A stretch of DNA of 60,608 nucleotides, counting the filler, from Sluysia triapertura (Eukaryota): the NCBI GenBank assembly GCA_046118255.1. It is 5 parts of 5 records of this genome, joined end to end, with 100 filler letters (N's around TTAATTAATTAA, not from the genome) between each part and the next. Parts side by side here need not be neighbours in the genome. Positions count along the whole stretch, not along the records: positions 25,789 to 37,043 come from JBJNIA010186713.1; positions 37,144 to 48,881 come from JBJNIA010175029.1; 3 more parts are not named here. One strand, 5' to 3'. A program made the translations under genes and the position numbers. Each line of letters begins with the position of its first letter. The stretch's first letter is position 1. This document shows positions 25,789 to 38,541 of this stretch, one piece after another. The notes below the pieces were generated by a model that had not been told where the DNA came from, made no database searches, and saw only the letters and a list, made by a program, of their open reading frames with translations.

Positions 25789-27556
25789 ACGTCAAGTTAA
25801 TCATGGTAGGAATGAAGTAATTTCCGACGTAATAGGCCATCTTTTAAAGTTCGATCGAAATAGTTGTAAAAGGACTTATACCAAGTTCTTATGTGAAAGA
25901 AAACTTATTAAATTAGCTTTAAAATTAAAATTAGATGATAATTCCAAACGCCCCAAACTCACTAAAACCCCATATTGTTATAAGGAGTACATAAAAACTC
26001 CAAAAATAGGTCTTCACAGGTTACTACCCAATATATTGAAGCTTTAATTGGTGTTGAGGAAGTAGTACAAAACTTATTGAAGCAACAGTTAATAGATAGA
26101 CTAACTAATTTCTCATCTTTTCGTTTAGCTCCCACTATTATAGCGTTGGTTTTAGCTTGAATAGTTATTAGTATATTATTGTAAAATAATTTCTTAACTT
26201 ATTTATGGTTACTTCGGAAGTGTCTATGTTTCTTATTAAACAAATGCATAATAATACTGATAATATTTGGAATCCACTATAATGTGTAGGCAGTTCTAAT
26301 TCTGTATTGCGTTCGTATATTGGTGATGGCATTATTGGTGATAATGGTAGTCCTGGAGGAGTAGCATAAAATCTATTATTTCTTGGAATTGAATAATGAT
26401 TATCGACATCGTTATTAGAATCAGTATTAGTATACTTACGTTTATTCATAAGAAACATCATAATCATTAGTAAGGTTATTATTAATGCAATAATAAATAA
26501 TGCAGCTGCGATTACTAAAATAATTATTGACGGATCCTTTTTTAAAGTATCTATAATCGTATTTGGTCCTTTGATTCCCTGTATAGCGAAATTTTAGCTT
26601 GATGTTGGATGAATATTATTATGTCTATCTTCTGAAAGTAAATAGTCCTTGCATGTTGCTACTAGTTACTCTATGTTTGGTAGAACATGTCTATGTAATT
26701 CCCATAACTAAAATTAAGTCTTGCGGGTTTGATGCATATGTACTGTGCTTTAATATTTATAGTTACCTTAATTTGAACTTCTGTGTCGAAATTATAAAAA
26801 TCCAAATATTTCGATTTGTAAATTCTTTGTGATGCGTCCGTAATTGTTATTAATGTTAGTTAGGTAAGTAACATCATATTTGATATCCTATTATTAACTC
26901 TTGTTATCTTATTGCAAGTAATTACATAGTAAATGGTAAATATCATATAAATTAAGGTAAAAGTTAAGAGTGCAACTATAAAAATGTTCCTTATTTATGT
27001 CCTTACTTATTTTCTTACTTAATTCGGTAGTAGAATTCATGACTCTATTAGGTGATATTGAACTTACTGTTTTATTTATATCCTTATTCTTAAAAATATC
27101 CATGAAATCTATTGTTACTGACTTATTATATAGTGTAAACGCCATTATTGTGGTATATCGAATTGAATGTTTGCATTTAAAAATATCATTTATTATTAGA
27201 GGTTTCTCTATTATCAATGGCTCAAAATATATGCAATATATATCAAAATTATAATCAGGAATTTCGTTTCTGTTATCAATTTCAGCAGTCCAAAATTTAT
27301 TAAAAGTATTAGTTAGAAAAATGTTCTGTTTGGTATTAGTGTAACTTGTTAAATTCGCTGGATATACCATAGTTGTTAATTGAAATAGAATTAGCATAAA
27401 AGTTATCGCATAAAGATATGTATTATTTGAAATTGTTCTTGTAAACATTATACTACTATTACTATTATCAGTAGTATTATTATCATTATTATTATTATCT
27501 GATCCGATACCTGAAGTTGAAGATACCGTGGTATCCCACCAATCAAGATTTCCCAA
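25789..27556 (-). pseudogene. Env-like membrane glycoprotein polyprotein (frameshifted)
   Basis: Signal-like YLYAITFMLILFQLTTMVYPA; Cys- and NxS/T-containing ectodomain; TM IIILVIAAALFIIALIITLLMIMMFLM followed by NKRK; Tyr/Pro-rich tail; second signal-like FQILSVLLCICLIRNIDT; Cys-containing continuation (INCCFNKFC). Confidence 0.6.
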
Positions 27557-27559
27557 TTT

Positions 27560-27891
27560 GGTGTTGGTGATGGCGGTAAAACCGGATTTAATGGAGAAAT
27601 TTGATAATATTGTGGTTGTACTGGTGGTATTGCTCTTGGCATCGGAGGTAAAACCATTTGAGGCAGTACTACATGCGTGCCTAGTGGTATTTTAAGAAAT
27701 CTTAATCTTCCGTGTATTACTGTATTTTCTAATTTACTTAGCGCATCCATACCTAATATGATATCATATTGGCATATTTCCCAAGCTAATATTGTTATAA
27801 ATAGATCCACATCTAAGATTGTTAGTTGACATTGTAGTAGTCCATTAAATAGAATGTGTGAGCCATCTACTGCAAATAATCGTATTCCTGC
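27560..27891 (-). pseudogene. C-half of retropepsin-like protease plus Pro-rich linker
   Basis: Same frame after a single TAA: AGIRLFAVDGSHILFNG...YDIILGMDALSKL, then LPPMPRAIPPVQPQYYQISPLNPVLPPSPTP. Confidence 0.75.
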
Positions 27892-28576
27892 TTACTGTAA
27901 CATGTTAACTTCCAAAGCATATAAAACGTTATAATTAATTATAGTATTATTTGAACCTGTGTCTATAACTAATCGTGCCCATCTCTGATTGAACTTAATA
28001 CTCTGAACCAAATGGTTTTGTATGTTAAAAGAAGAAGTTATCATATTTATTGTACTTATTGGTTTATCCTTTGTTATATCTGTATCTGTTAATTTTGACG
28101 GTGTACTTAATGACTTTGATGGTTTATCTCTATCTTTAATTCTTGGTCTAACTTTTAATACACTTTTGGTAACTTTTCTATCTCTTAAATTATATTCATC
28201 ATTAGGTGCCAATTTACATCGATTTACATGCACAACGAAAGTTTCCGCATTCATATCATTAGGTTTCTTTATATATAAATTAGTAGAAGTTGTTTTCATC
28301 ACTTCATAAGGTCCTTTAAATGGTTTATGTAATTTTGGAGAATATCCTGGTTTCGCTATTGGATAATCTACTAATACTTTATCTCCTATTTTAAAGTTAT
28401 GTTCATTTGCTTTTTTATCATAGTTATCTTTATAAGTTTCTTGGGTATAACGTATTTGCAGACCGGCGCGTTTCCATGCATCTTGTAAATTCTCTCTCAT
28501 AATAGTTACATATTCTGGGGTTTCCATATATTGTGATGAAGGTGGAACCCAATCTAAATCTACTGGCAGTTTTGCA
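27892..28576 (-). pseudogene. Gypsy integrase C-terminal (GPY/F) region fused to the N-half of a retropepsin-like domain
   Basis: ORF 27892-28527 extends upstream to about 28576. DTGS at 27952-27963. Confidence 0.85.
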
Positions 28577-30695
28577 GTATTCAGTTATTTTAATTAGTCA
28601 ATTATCCTTTTACAATAAATCAGCACCAGCGTTTTAAATCCACTCAGTGTATTAGCAATCCAATTACAAGTCGTTTCGGAAGCTTTTGATCAAATTTTCA
28701 TGAAAAAGTAAATTATTTTATTTTAAGGAGATTTTGACTTTTTATAATCCAAGATCATAAAATACACTTAAAATAAAATTTAAATATCATTATTCTATGG
28801 ATCGAGATATACTGAGGGAAAATTTTCTACTCAAATTAATTAGAAAACAAATCAAAGATCCCAAAATGGATCTAAATATTTTTGTTCTCTTTTACTTTCT
28901 GTTATCTTTGTATATAATATCGTAAATTTTGTTGATGTTAGTTAATAAAATTAAAATAGTTAATATTGTTAAGTTTATGACCCTCCAAACGTGTTAACAC
29001 ATTATAATAAAACTCTTAGTTCATAAGTTACAGAGACGCCAATTATACGTTGCAGGACGTTTACTGTAACCGGACCCTGCTCTGTTTTTATATTGCCGTA
29101 GGTTTATTTTTAATAATAATAATAATTATTATTATAATGATTATAATAATGATAATAAATAAATGGTTTATTTTAAAAAGGAAACATAAAAATTGCTTTT
29201 AGACTACAAAGAAAGCTCACTTTTTTCTTTAAGTTGATTTATTTAATCTAAATTTAAAATAGTTTCCTTTTTTGTAATTAATGTAATTTTTAGAAAAATT
29301 ATTATTATTTATGTGAAAATTTAATTCTTAAAACTTCATAAAACATCGAAATGTGTTGGCAAATTAAAATGAAGCTTACAACTAATTTATAATTGTGTAA
29401 TAAGTGTGATTAATTTATGAAATACTGATGTACCTATTTTAATTATTTGGTTCAATGTTACTTCTGACTGTGAATTGATCGAATTGAATATTGGAATAAT
29501 TTAAATGAAAAAATTATTTAATTCGATAATAGATATGCTTTATAAACTAATTTTGATAAAATTTACTTTGAATAATGCAAAAAATGAAGTATATGTGAGG
29601 AATTTTATAGAAAATACTAAGTAATGCATTAAGAAAACATCATCCAATTCTACAAAAAGTAAATCAAAGGTAAATTTCTGACATTTTATAATCTACTTAG
29701 AAGCTATTCATAATTCTCTTACAATCTTAAATATATATTACGGACCGTGTTTTACATCATCAATTTTGATATGATACTGATCACATTGATAACAACAATC
29801 ATTTATTGCATTGAACAAGTTTACAAAACTGAACATTTCGAGTTTCACGACTAAGACACAGAAGTAAAAGTGAAAATGTTACATAAAAATGTCCGACTTA
29901 GATTTATTTGCTTGAAACCAGTTAGACTCAATATTAGTATGTGTTTAATTTGTTAAATCTGTTTGATATATGCTTCGATGTTTTAGCAATGAAAAACGCC
30001 CTTAACAATTATTATGCTCGTTTCAAATAAATGCCGACATTCATGTTTACCACATACTCCACCTCCAATTAATCAATTAGTTTGAGTAAATTATTCTCCA
30101 TTAATCCATTAATATATGATTAATTACAAATGACTAACATGCGATTCACGCTACTAGTTTATGTTAGTTTGACATGTATCTCTGATATATAAGCAACATC
30201 AATAATCACTTATTACCTGAAAACATTCGATCTAAAATAACTACAGAAGTTAACTAAGTTAACACGACCAATCTGACAATGCTGAAATGAGTCTTATGCT
30301 ATCAAAAACTTTTTCTATTGGATTGTATTATGTAACGATCTTTTCGAATACTAATTATTTCGCATTACTTTAACCATAGAATTAGTTCTGGTTCAGAATC
30401 ATATAATTGAAAAGAAACCACTTGTGTTCCATGAATTTTCCAAAGCTATTGAACTCCCAATGATAACTTATTGACATACTTTGAATATAATACCATAATC
30501 ATTGCTTATAATTTGTATGACTGTCTTCATTATAGACTGATGACTCCAATTCGATTATTCGATTATTTTTTTAAGCTGATAACAAAGTCATACTTGTCCA
30601 AATATGAATTTTTCACGAAAATGAAGTATATGATATTCAGGATTTCTCGCCAAATAATCGGACATATGATTTAAGTATAAGCTTCTTTTATTTTT

Positions 30696-31605
30696 CCCCA
30701 GACTTAATTATACCTGAGTTACAGCCCACCCACCCCCGAAATTCAAACAAAATTAATTTTTGAACTTAAATATTTTCAAATAAATTTCAAATCTGACATA
30801 CCGGTTGACATTTAAATCTCCCATAGAATTTAATTCTTTATTTGTTTGTGTTATTTTTTTCAACTATTTCAAGTTTCATCTTCTACAGCAACATGTTTGA
30901 GTAAGTTTAGTTTAGTTTTTAATTTCTATTCTCTATAAGGCGCTAAATAATAATGTTAAATAATAGTATTGCTGGAAAAACTAAAAACAATTTGTCTTTC
31001 CACCGAAACTTACAGGAATGATTGAGCCTCTAGAGTTTTATTTTTTAGACATTATAAGTTTCTCACCTGAGTAATGGAAGATCACGTTCGATGGAAGAAG
31101 GTAATCAATTCAGGCGGTATGAAAGATTGTTCATTATGAAAATGCATTTCTGAAGCTTCAGTCAACTAAAAACACCAGTTTAAATTTTAACGTTACAATA
31201 TTCATGGCAAAAATCTGGATACTCATCTAAATTGATCGAAAAAATACACGTTTTCAGGAATGTTAATGAAGTCAATTTTAATTTTAATTATGAGAGGTGT
31301 TGGATGATGACTTTGAATTTTTATATGCGGTGTTTATTGTAATGATGTATGCTTTGAACATTTTTTGAGAATATTTTCACTGAAAATTTTATATACAGAA
31401 AGCGTTTTTAATAAGAACAAATGTTTTTCTTAAATTGAATAAAATTTACAAAATAGCTTTCAATACTGTGGGCGGAGTCAAATATAGAATAATAGGGATT
31501 AAGTTATGTCTATCAAAAGACTTTTTATGCTAAATTAAAATATGAAACCCGTCTGAAAATATTCCTAACTATTCTAAGAATATTAAGATAAAATTAAGTC
31601 TGGGG
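30696..31605. mobile_element. Possible non-autonomous DNA transposon bounded by 14-bp inverted repeats
   Basis: CCCCAGACTTAATT (30696-30709) and AATTAAGTCTGGGG (31592-31605) are perfect reverse complements. No TSD or transposase recognised. Confidence 0.4.
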
Positions 31606-32423
31606 GAGGGAAATGAAAAGTTTCTCTTTTCATACTTTTTGATATTCTAATTATATGAAAAGTTTGGTCAAGATCTGTGAGTTTACCTTGGGAATCTCCA
31701 TGTTTAAGTTATAAATTATAATCACTATGGATAATTATACTAAAGGAGTGCAAAGTAGGGGGCTCAAAAATTTTAAAATTGTTAGATTTTACAAAGAAAA
31801 TTTTGTTTTTTCTTTGAATATTTTTTTGTTGTTTTTTACCAATTCAAGTAATTCCATCATCTAATTCCATAATTTACGTTCTTGATGCAGAACAAGCATC
31901 AAGAATAAAATTTCAGAGCAAATATACTTACAAATTCATAAAGCAATTATACGTGTGCATTAGAGATGTTATTCTATCTGATATTCTGCTATTTTTTAGC
32001 TGTTAATTAAAAAGGAAGTTAGTAGACTTCTATCACAATCGCGAAATAGCGGCTATTAATTAACAGCGACATGTAAAAAAAAGAATATGATACTTGGTTT
32101 GCATCTTTATTGAAGGAAAATAACTTTAAAAAAAACTTCTAGCATTTCCCCAAAATGTATGATGAAATGCGTATTTTCCCAGGGTGAATAAAACAAGTTT
32201 TACAGTATAATGTAATAAATTTTGAAAGTTTTGTGTTATCAGAAAAGAAATAATTACCAAAAAACTAACTTTATTTTGAAATTAATTTAGTTTTACATAA
32301 CAATTAATGCGACATTACAAATATGAACTACAAATCCATTTCGACGACATTAGTGCTTGATTAAGAAATTAAAACAAATATTCTCTGACTAAACTTATGG
32401 TTTCATCTTTAATGAAGACTTAA

Positions 32424-32460
32424 CCCTTTGCGGTGCTCTGTCGAGGCAGCCCTGACGCTA
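32424..32460. mobile_element. Solo piggyBac-like terminus
   Basis: TTAA followed by CCCTTTGCGGTGC; partner end not found. Confidence 0.4.
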
Positions 32461-32730
32461 AATATTACATAAATATAACATAAACGTAATTAAATTCGAT
32501 TTGAGTATGTTTTTTTGAGTCAGGCATATTTAATTGTGAAAATTTTGTGTTTTCGCTGGAATTAAATAGGACCTGTAGAGAGGAATCAAAGGAAATCAAA
32601 TAGGACAGGCATCTGTCAAGGATTTTAAAATTAATATCTTTATGTACATCGAATGTAACAGTTTTATTTTATAACAATGAAATCTGACATTTAATCAAAC
32701 ATATGTATAATAAATATAAAACAGTGGGAT

Positions 32731-33175
32731 CAGGGCCGGATCTAGGGTTTTGAGCGCCCCAGGCAAAACACAATTTGGCGCTATTTCATACAAGAATATA
32801 CAAATTTACTGCGAATTACAAAAAAACAGTAAAAAAGGCAAAAAATCAAAATTACACAAAGAACTGTGTAAAAAAATGTATTTAAAAAGTAATACAATAT
32901 TTATTTACTTACAAGCGATACAACATAATGAGCGTATTTGAAGTTTGAGCGAGAACTTTAAAAAGTAAGTTATGCTATTCCTGTAACATACAAGATTCAA
33001 TAACACAGTTAATTAAATTAATTTTTGTTGAAAATCAGTTTGTAAACAGTTTACAATGTTAAAATAATTAGCGCTGTGACTTTTATTTGGTATTATTAAA
33101 GAAAAAATTTATTTCTTGTTAAAATAATCGATATCTCATGAAAAATGATCGATTTTAAAAAAATAATGAATGTTA
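32731..33175. mobile_element. hAT (Tip100-like) terminal fragment, second copy of the 22049 family
   Basis: CAGGGCCGGATCTAGGG..GAGCGCCCCAGG. Colinear with 22049-22360 apart from an internal indel. Confidence 0.75.
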
Positions 33176-33712
33176 AAAAAATGTCCGGCTTGAAAAATGT
33201 TTACTAATAATAGTTTTTACGTGCTGCTGCTGCCGTTGCTGCCGTTGCTGCCATAATTGTTCTCCAACTGCACAACTTCTATTAATACGAGATTAATTGA
33301 CAACATCATAAAATCACAAAGAATGGAGATTATTTTTATCTCCATATTTCATCATATTTACGTGACTTTGATCTGGAACGAAAGGTCACCATATATATTA
33401 CCAGTTGAATAAAAATGTACAAAAAGTTACAAAATTAAATTTAAACGAATATTTTACTATTTGCTTTATAAAACGTATTTAATAAAATACGATTCATTAA
33501 CGAAAATTGAGCAGTATATTCTGTAAGTTAATTCAATTGAATAAATTCGTTTAATATTTGATTTAATTATATTAATTTTCGTTAAAATTCGCTCAAGAAG
33601 CGATGCGAAATCAACTGATTACAAATAATTTCTTAGTATAACCAAAATTAGATGTTACTATTTATAATATTTAAACACAGGTGTCGTTATTTTGTCATTA
33701 TTTTATTCTTAG

Positions 33713-33950
33713 GTCGATCAAATATTAAACTGGCTCTAGCACTTTATGGATATAGTAATTACAGTGGCTTACGAAGTTCAAAGAATACTAGCAGATCATG
33801 TATGGAATTTTGTAGCAGTTTCAGAAGTCCAGTGAGTTCTGTTAGCAATTCTATTGGTCCATTATCGACAAATAAAACTTCAGAAGAAATTCCACCCAAA
33901 TCCAAATCTTTCATCGATAATTTAGTATTAACCGATCCCAGTAATAACAA
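33713..33950 (+). CDS. Coding exon of an unidentified Ser-rich host protein
   Basis: Acceptor cttag|GT at 33712/33713, open frame, donor AA|gtagt at 33950/33951. Phase 2 joins the exon at 34075. Confidence 0.5.
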
Positions 33951-34074
33951 GTAGTTTAAAAATTTCCATTGTTGATTATAGAGTGAAGTCGTTATGAGAC
34001 GAAATATTCGCGTATTATGTTCTAAATTAAACTATAACATAAAATATCAGAATTTACTTGTACTATAATTTTAG

Positions 34075-34327
34075 ACATAAACATAGATCACAAACACTCG
34101 ATAGACAATTTCTAGGTCCTATCAGCGAAAAGTTGTCATTAATAGGATCTTCAAATACTGCAACAAATCAAAATGAACATACTAGCACGAATGAAAAATC
34201 GCATAATCATGACTTTGAGGAGCGACCTAATGAAACTACAGATAATGGCACTAAAAATAGAACACAAACAACTGACCAATCAGAAGCGGATTCAAATTTA
34301 AATGAATCATTTAATAGTTCTATTCGA
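34075..34327 (+). CDS. Next coding exon of the same low-complexity protein (HKHRSQTLDRQFLGPISEK...NSSIR)
   Basis: Acceptor tttag|A at 34074/34075 and donor CGA|gtatgc at 34327/34328. In frame with the previous exon. Confidence 0.55.
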
Positions 34328-35939
34328 GTATGCATATTTATTGTTATTATTATTATTATCATTTTAAATGTCATTCATGCGATGAATCATATTGCCTTAT
34401 CGAATTATTAGTCATAGTTGAAAAAATTGACATTCATTTATTATCTTATTTTTAATTACTTTTTTTTATTGCTGTGCTAACTGATTGTAACCTCTTTCTA
34501 ACTCGTATGTATAAACCAAGAAAAGTAGACTGAATGAAAAATTAACACTTGTTGCACTCACCATTTAAAAAATGAACAATTTTGTGTCGTGTGTTTCTAT
34601 TTTTATTTGATGACATTTAAAATTTTATTTTTTATCATTAGTTTTTGAAATTTTAAGACAAATTTTAATGCTTGTAATAGTTTGACAATTTTGTTGTATA
34701 TGTTGGGTTAATGGGAGCTACAAATTAAGAAAATGTTTACTTAACTTTGTAATGATATTTAAACTAACAAACAAATTATTGTTTTTTATAATTTAGTGGA
34801 GCACGTGATGTGATCTCATTACATTTTATTTAGAAGTTGCGAATATTAAAAGAAAATGGCTTAAGTGGTATAGCTAAAATATAATTTGAGTTATTAATAA
34901 TCCTATAAATTTTTATTACATTTGTGTTAAAAATATCCACCTTTTTTCTTTTAACAGGGCATTATTTAACGAATTCTTGATACGTAACAACAACTTCTAA
35001 ATCAGCCAGTTTTCTCAACGATATTTTAGTAAATCATAAATCAATCATCAAAAGAGCGATCTTCTCGATTCTGGAAGTAACTTAGTGTGAACATCTATTG
35101 ACACATGACAACAATTGTTTTCTTTGCAGAAATAAGGATAGATACAAACACATTGTAAAGAATTTCTTTCTAGAGTTAATTTCATTTTATAATTTAAGTT
35201 GAAAATAATGATTTTTATGCAAGAATTTATTCGGATTTGGCCATGATTCTAAAACTTCACCAGAAGACTCGCATCGACGATTTTTCATAAACGAAATGAA
35301 GCAAGACTGAACATCCAAACCGTCGTAAAGCATATTTTCGACAAAAAAAGGACCTAAGTACATCACGGTAAAGTTTTGTATTGAAGGCGCGATCATTCAG
35401 GACCCAACGTTTGCTTACCATTTCGACTGGTAAATTCTAACATTGCAAATTGCTTTAGCATCCACATTTCGCGAAGCTCGAAATTCAATAGTCATCAAAC
35501 ACACACGCACACACACATTCTGAGTCACCATTGACCATAACATGAGCTGAATGAGCACTATATAAATATATAAAATGTATTATTTTAACACGGCCCACTA
35601 ACTTTTTCATCGAAGTAATATTACCGTGATTTTATTTATAAATTATTTAATTAGTTATGATCTTTATTTGTTTATTTATTAAAATCACCTACATGCAAAA
35701 TTATATGTTCTGCATTCCTGCGAAAGACGCATCTGCGGGATTTCGTACTTAAAACAAGACTTAATCGTTTTATCGGATAATTAGCTTTACATAGATGGAA
35801 TGATAAGTTTTCTTGACAATTCTCTTTATTATTGAAAAATAAAGGAAGTAATATCAAAACAAGGAATTATTACGATGTAAAACTTACTGGATAAGTAAAT
35901 TACAAGTTTATAATACTGAGTAGACAAAAATTTATCGCA

Positions 35940-36315
35940 TTAGATTTTAGTCCAATGCGTTTTATAACTGGTTATGTCAGCTGAAAAATGATGTGAAGAT
36001 GAAGATGTTCTGAAGTTTGCTTCGCATCTTTCTTCACCATGCTTGTAGCTAGCTAGTCCTTGCATAGTAATTCTTATAAACGAAGATACGTTCGTTTAAA
36101 TCTAAAGTCCTTCGGTGTATATTTTAAGAATGAGAGTCCAGAAGCGCACGCTGAACAAAACTCAAGCAATGATGTCAGAAAAAAATCAATATCATTCAAC
36201 AAAAAGCATTCCAAAGAAGGAAATGAATAGTAGCGAAGATAACATAAAATGACATAAAAGAAGAAATTAGTTTTGTCGTTTTTTATTTAAGCTTACAGTG
36301 CTTTTGGACACCCTA
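35940..36315 (-). mobile_element. Opposite (5') end of the Tc1/mariner family seen at 9487
   Basis: 36108-36200 is similar to 10077-10165. It ends in CTTTTGGACACCCTA|TA, a near reverse complement of the 9487 TIR. Left boundary approximate. Confidence 0.7.
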
Positions 36316-36397
36316 TATATCATTTTTACTATGTACTTCTTCGTAATCTTTTTGACTTTCTCATTAATTACGATAATATCATCGTTAATATATTACA

Positions 36398-36453
<56 letters not shown>
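36398..36453. repeat. (ATT)n microsatellite
   Basis: Read directly from the sequence. Confidence 0.95.
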
Positions 36454-37043
36454 GCAGATGAGAACAAGTTCTAGACCTACTGATATTCAACTGAGAAAAA
36501 GCAAAGTTAGTATTTGTTTTGTGCATAAGTATAGCATATATATAATTGCAGTTTCATCGAGTGATATTTATTTATGCATTTAACTATTGCATATTACATT
36601 GTAATTAAATTGTTGTGAAAAACTTTTCTCTTACTCACTTTAAAATTATTCGTAAACAATTAACAAAAACACGACTGAAATCTATTTCAAAAACTTATAA
36701 AAATGCCACATTTAACACAACAATTAATTTTACTTGACCGATTCTTTAGTAATTTCTGAATCTTCGTTAATTGTAAGTCAATTTTCTTGCGTTGCATTGA
36801 AAATATCGCATTTCTAGCCAAAGATTTATTTGGTTTATTCTATAATAATTTCTTCACGAATCTATTTTACTCTATATTTTTAGTCCAATATGAGACCGAT
36901 TTTCTCAAATAATTGTTAATTATATTCTATAATATAGTTGATGTTCCAAAATATGGTATACAAATATTAAATATGGATTTAATAGACTTTAATTCTCAGT
37001 TTAATTAAATACTAGGATTCGTCACAAATTTTAACATTCAAAA

Positions 37044-37143
37044 NNNNNNNNNNNNNNNNNNNNNNNNNNNNNNNNNNNNNNNNNNNNTTAATTAATTAAN
37101 NNNNNNNNNNNNNNNNNNNNNNNNNNNNNNNNNNNNNNNNNNN
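37044..37143. other. Assembly gap with TTAATTAATTAA linker
   Basis: Read directly from the sequence. Confidence 0.97.
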
Positions 37144-37470
37144 TGGTTTGAGAATTTATTGAGGTAGGTGTACGGTGCTTTGTCCTATTCTTAATTTCTT
37201 TGACATTGGTTGACATATTCATTGGGTAAAATATTTCAATAAATTCTTTGATGACGTCAGTGTTAGTGGGGCACCACACCATTATTTTTAAAAAAAACTC
37301 GAATTCCTGGGCTTCATTTATTTTTAAACCAATGTTCACAGATCCTTCTGTCCATCCATGCTCCTTTTTGATTGTAGTAGTCAACAGCAAGATTCTTTAT
37401 TTCTGTTCCTTTTTGTATTTTCTCAATATTATCACGGATAATCCGCGCACGTATAATCGGGAGTTTACTA
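37144..37470 (-). mobile_element. Internally deleted Tigger/Jerky-like (pogo) transposon
   Basis: Minus strand begins with TIR-like AGTAAACTCCCGATTATACGTGCG, then jumps straight into the DDE_1 fragment NLAVDYYNQKGAWMDRRICEHWFKNK. Confidence 0.8.
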
Positions 37471-37895
37471 TACTTATTTTACCAAATGATTATAAAATTA
37501 ATTAAATCGATATTTCGGTTAACTCAAAATATTTTGTACCAAATAATTAATTAAATTTCACTTAGTCGAAAATAATTAATTCAAAATAATTGTACACATA
37601 CATACTTAATATCACGATAATGTATAGAATGCAATTATGTAGATATGGATAGAAATTGACTACATAATAGAAAAAATTATGCGCAAAAATTTACCATAAA
37701 ATAATTATAGAATGAAACTAAAAATTAATTGGCTATAGTACGTTTCTACATAATCAGCATGATGCACAATCGCATGACATAAATTTATAAGTTAGGCATT
37801 TATTTCAAATTCCTATAATATCATATGTACAATAACATTTTGAACGATAGTAGTAAACTCCCAATATTCAAACCGATTGGAGATACGGGAAAGCA

Positions 37896-37923
37896 TTATA
37901 CATTAAGTGCGTTTTTATTCAAT
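37896..37923 (-). CDS. Candidate terminal micro-exon (RLNKNALNV*) of the 48881-38031 gene
   Basis: Acceptor aatag|A at 37924/37923, phase 2 compatible with the donor at 38030. An alternative continuation exists (see findings). Confidence 0.4.
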
Positions 37924-38030
37924 CTATTCAATTTTAAAAGTTTTCAGAATATAATCAATAGATTTACTGTTTTGTTTCATTTTTATAGATTATGGTAAAT
38001 AACAATGAAAAAATATGAATAAATAATAAC

Positions 38031-38541
38031 CTGTCAATTTTATCTTTACTCAGTGTATCAATATCAGAATTATTATGGCTAGGTTCTAAATACGCATCTA
38101 AAGTTTGTGAAATGTCTTCAGGATAATGTTGACTAAGAACACCAGTTGATGTTGATGACATACTCGTTGTCATATTTGAACCAATCATTGGTGTTGAATC
38201 AACATTATGTTTACTACTACTACTTGACATTAGTTTAAGAGATACATTGCGTGTAGCTGTGGGTGTGAATGAATTACGATTATTGAAATTTTGTGGAGAA
38301 TTCAAAGAACTATTTCTTGAATATGTATAATGCATGGGAAAATGTGAATGCTGTATTTGATGTAGTTGCTGCGAAAAACGATTAGAAAGATGATAATTGG
38401 AATGTTGATAGTTTGGATAAAGATGTTGACTACGTATTTGAACCATTTGAGAATAAGGTGGACCACCGTTACCGAGTAGAGGTGTTCCTATTGCTGTATT
38501 GCAAGGAGTGAAGCGTTCATCGTATAAAATTGAAACTCGAT
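38031..38541 (-). CDS. Coding exon of an unidentified host gene (His/Gln/Ser-rich)
   Basis: Acceptor ttaag|AT (phase 1) gives DRVSILYDERFTPCNTAIGTPLLGNGGPPYSQMVQ...; donor AG|gttatt at 38031/38030. Confidence 0.75.

Larger units (their letters stand above)
25789..28576 (-). mobile_element. 5'-truncated Ty3/gypsy LTR retroelement: integrase C-terminus, extra aspartic protease and env-like region
   Basis: Integrase tail KLPVDL...YDKKANEHNFKIGDKVLV...KLHKPFKGPYEV...VVHVNRCK (GPY/F module). Downstream in frame are LVIDTGS and DIILGMDAL, then hydrophobic signal/TM segments. No LTR, RT or gag visible; the 3' end is lost in the gap. Confidence 0.85.
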
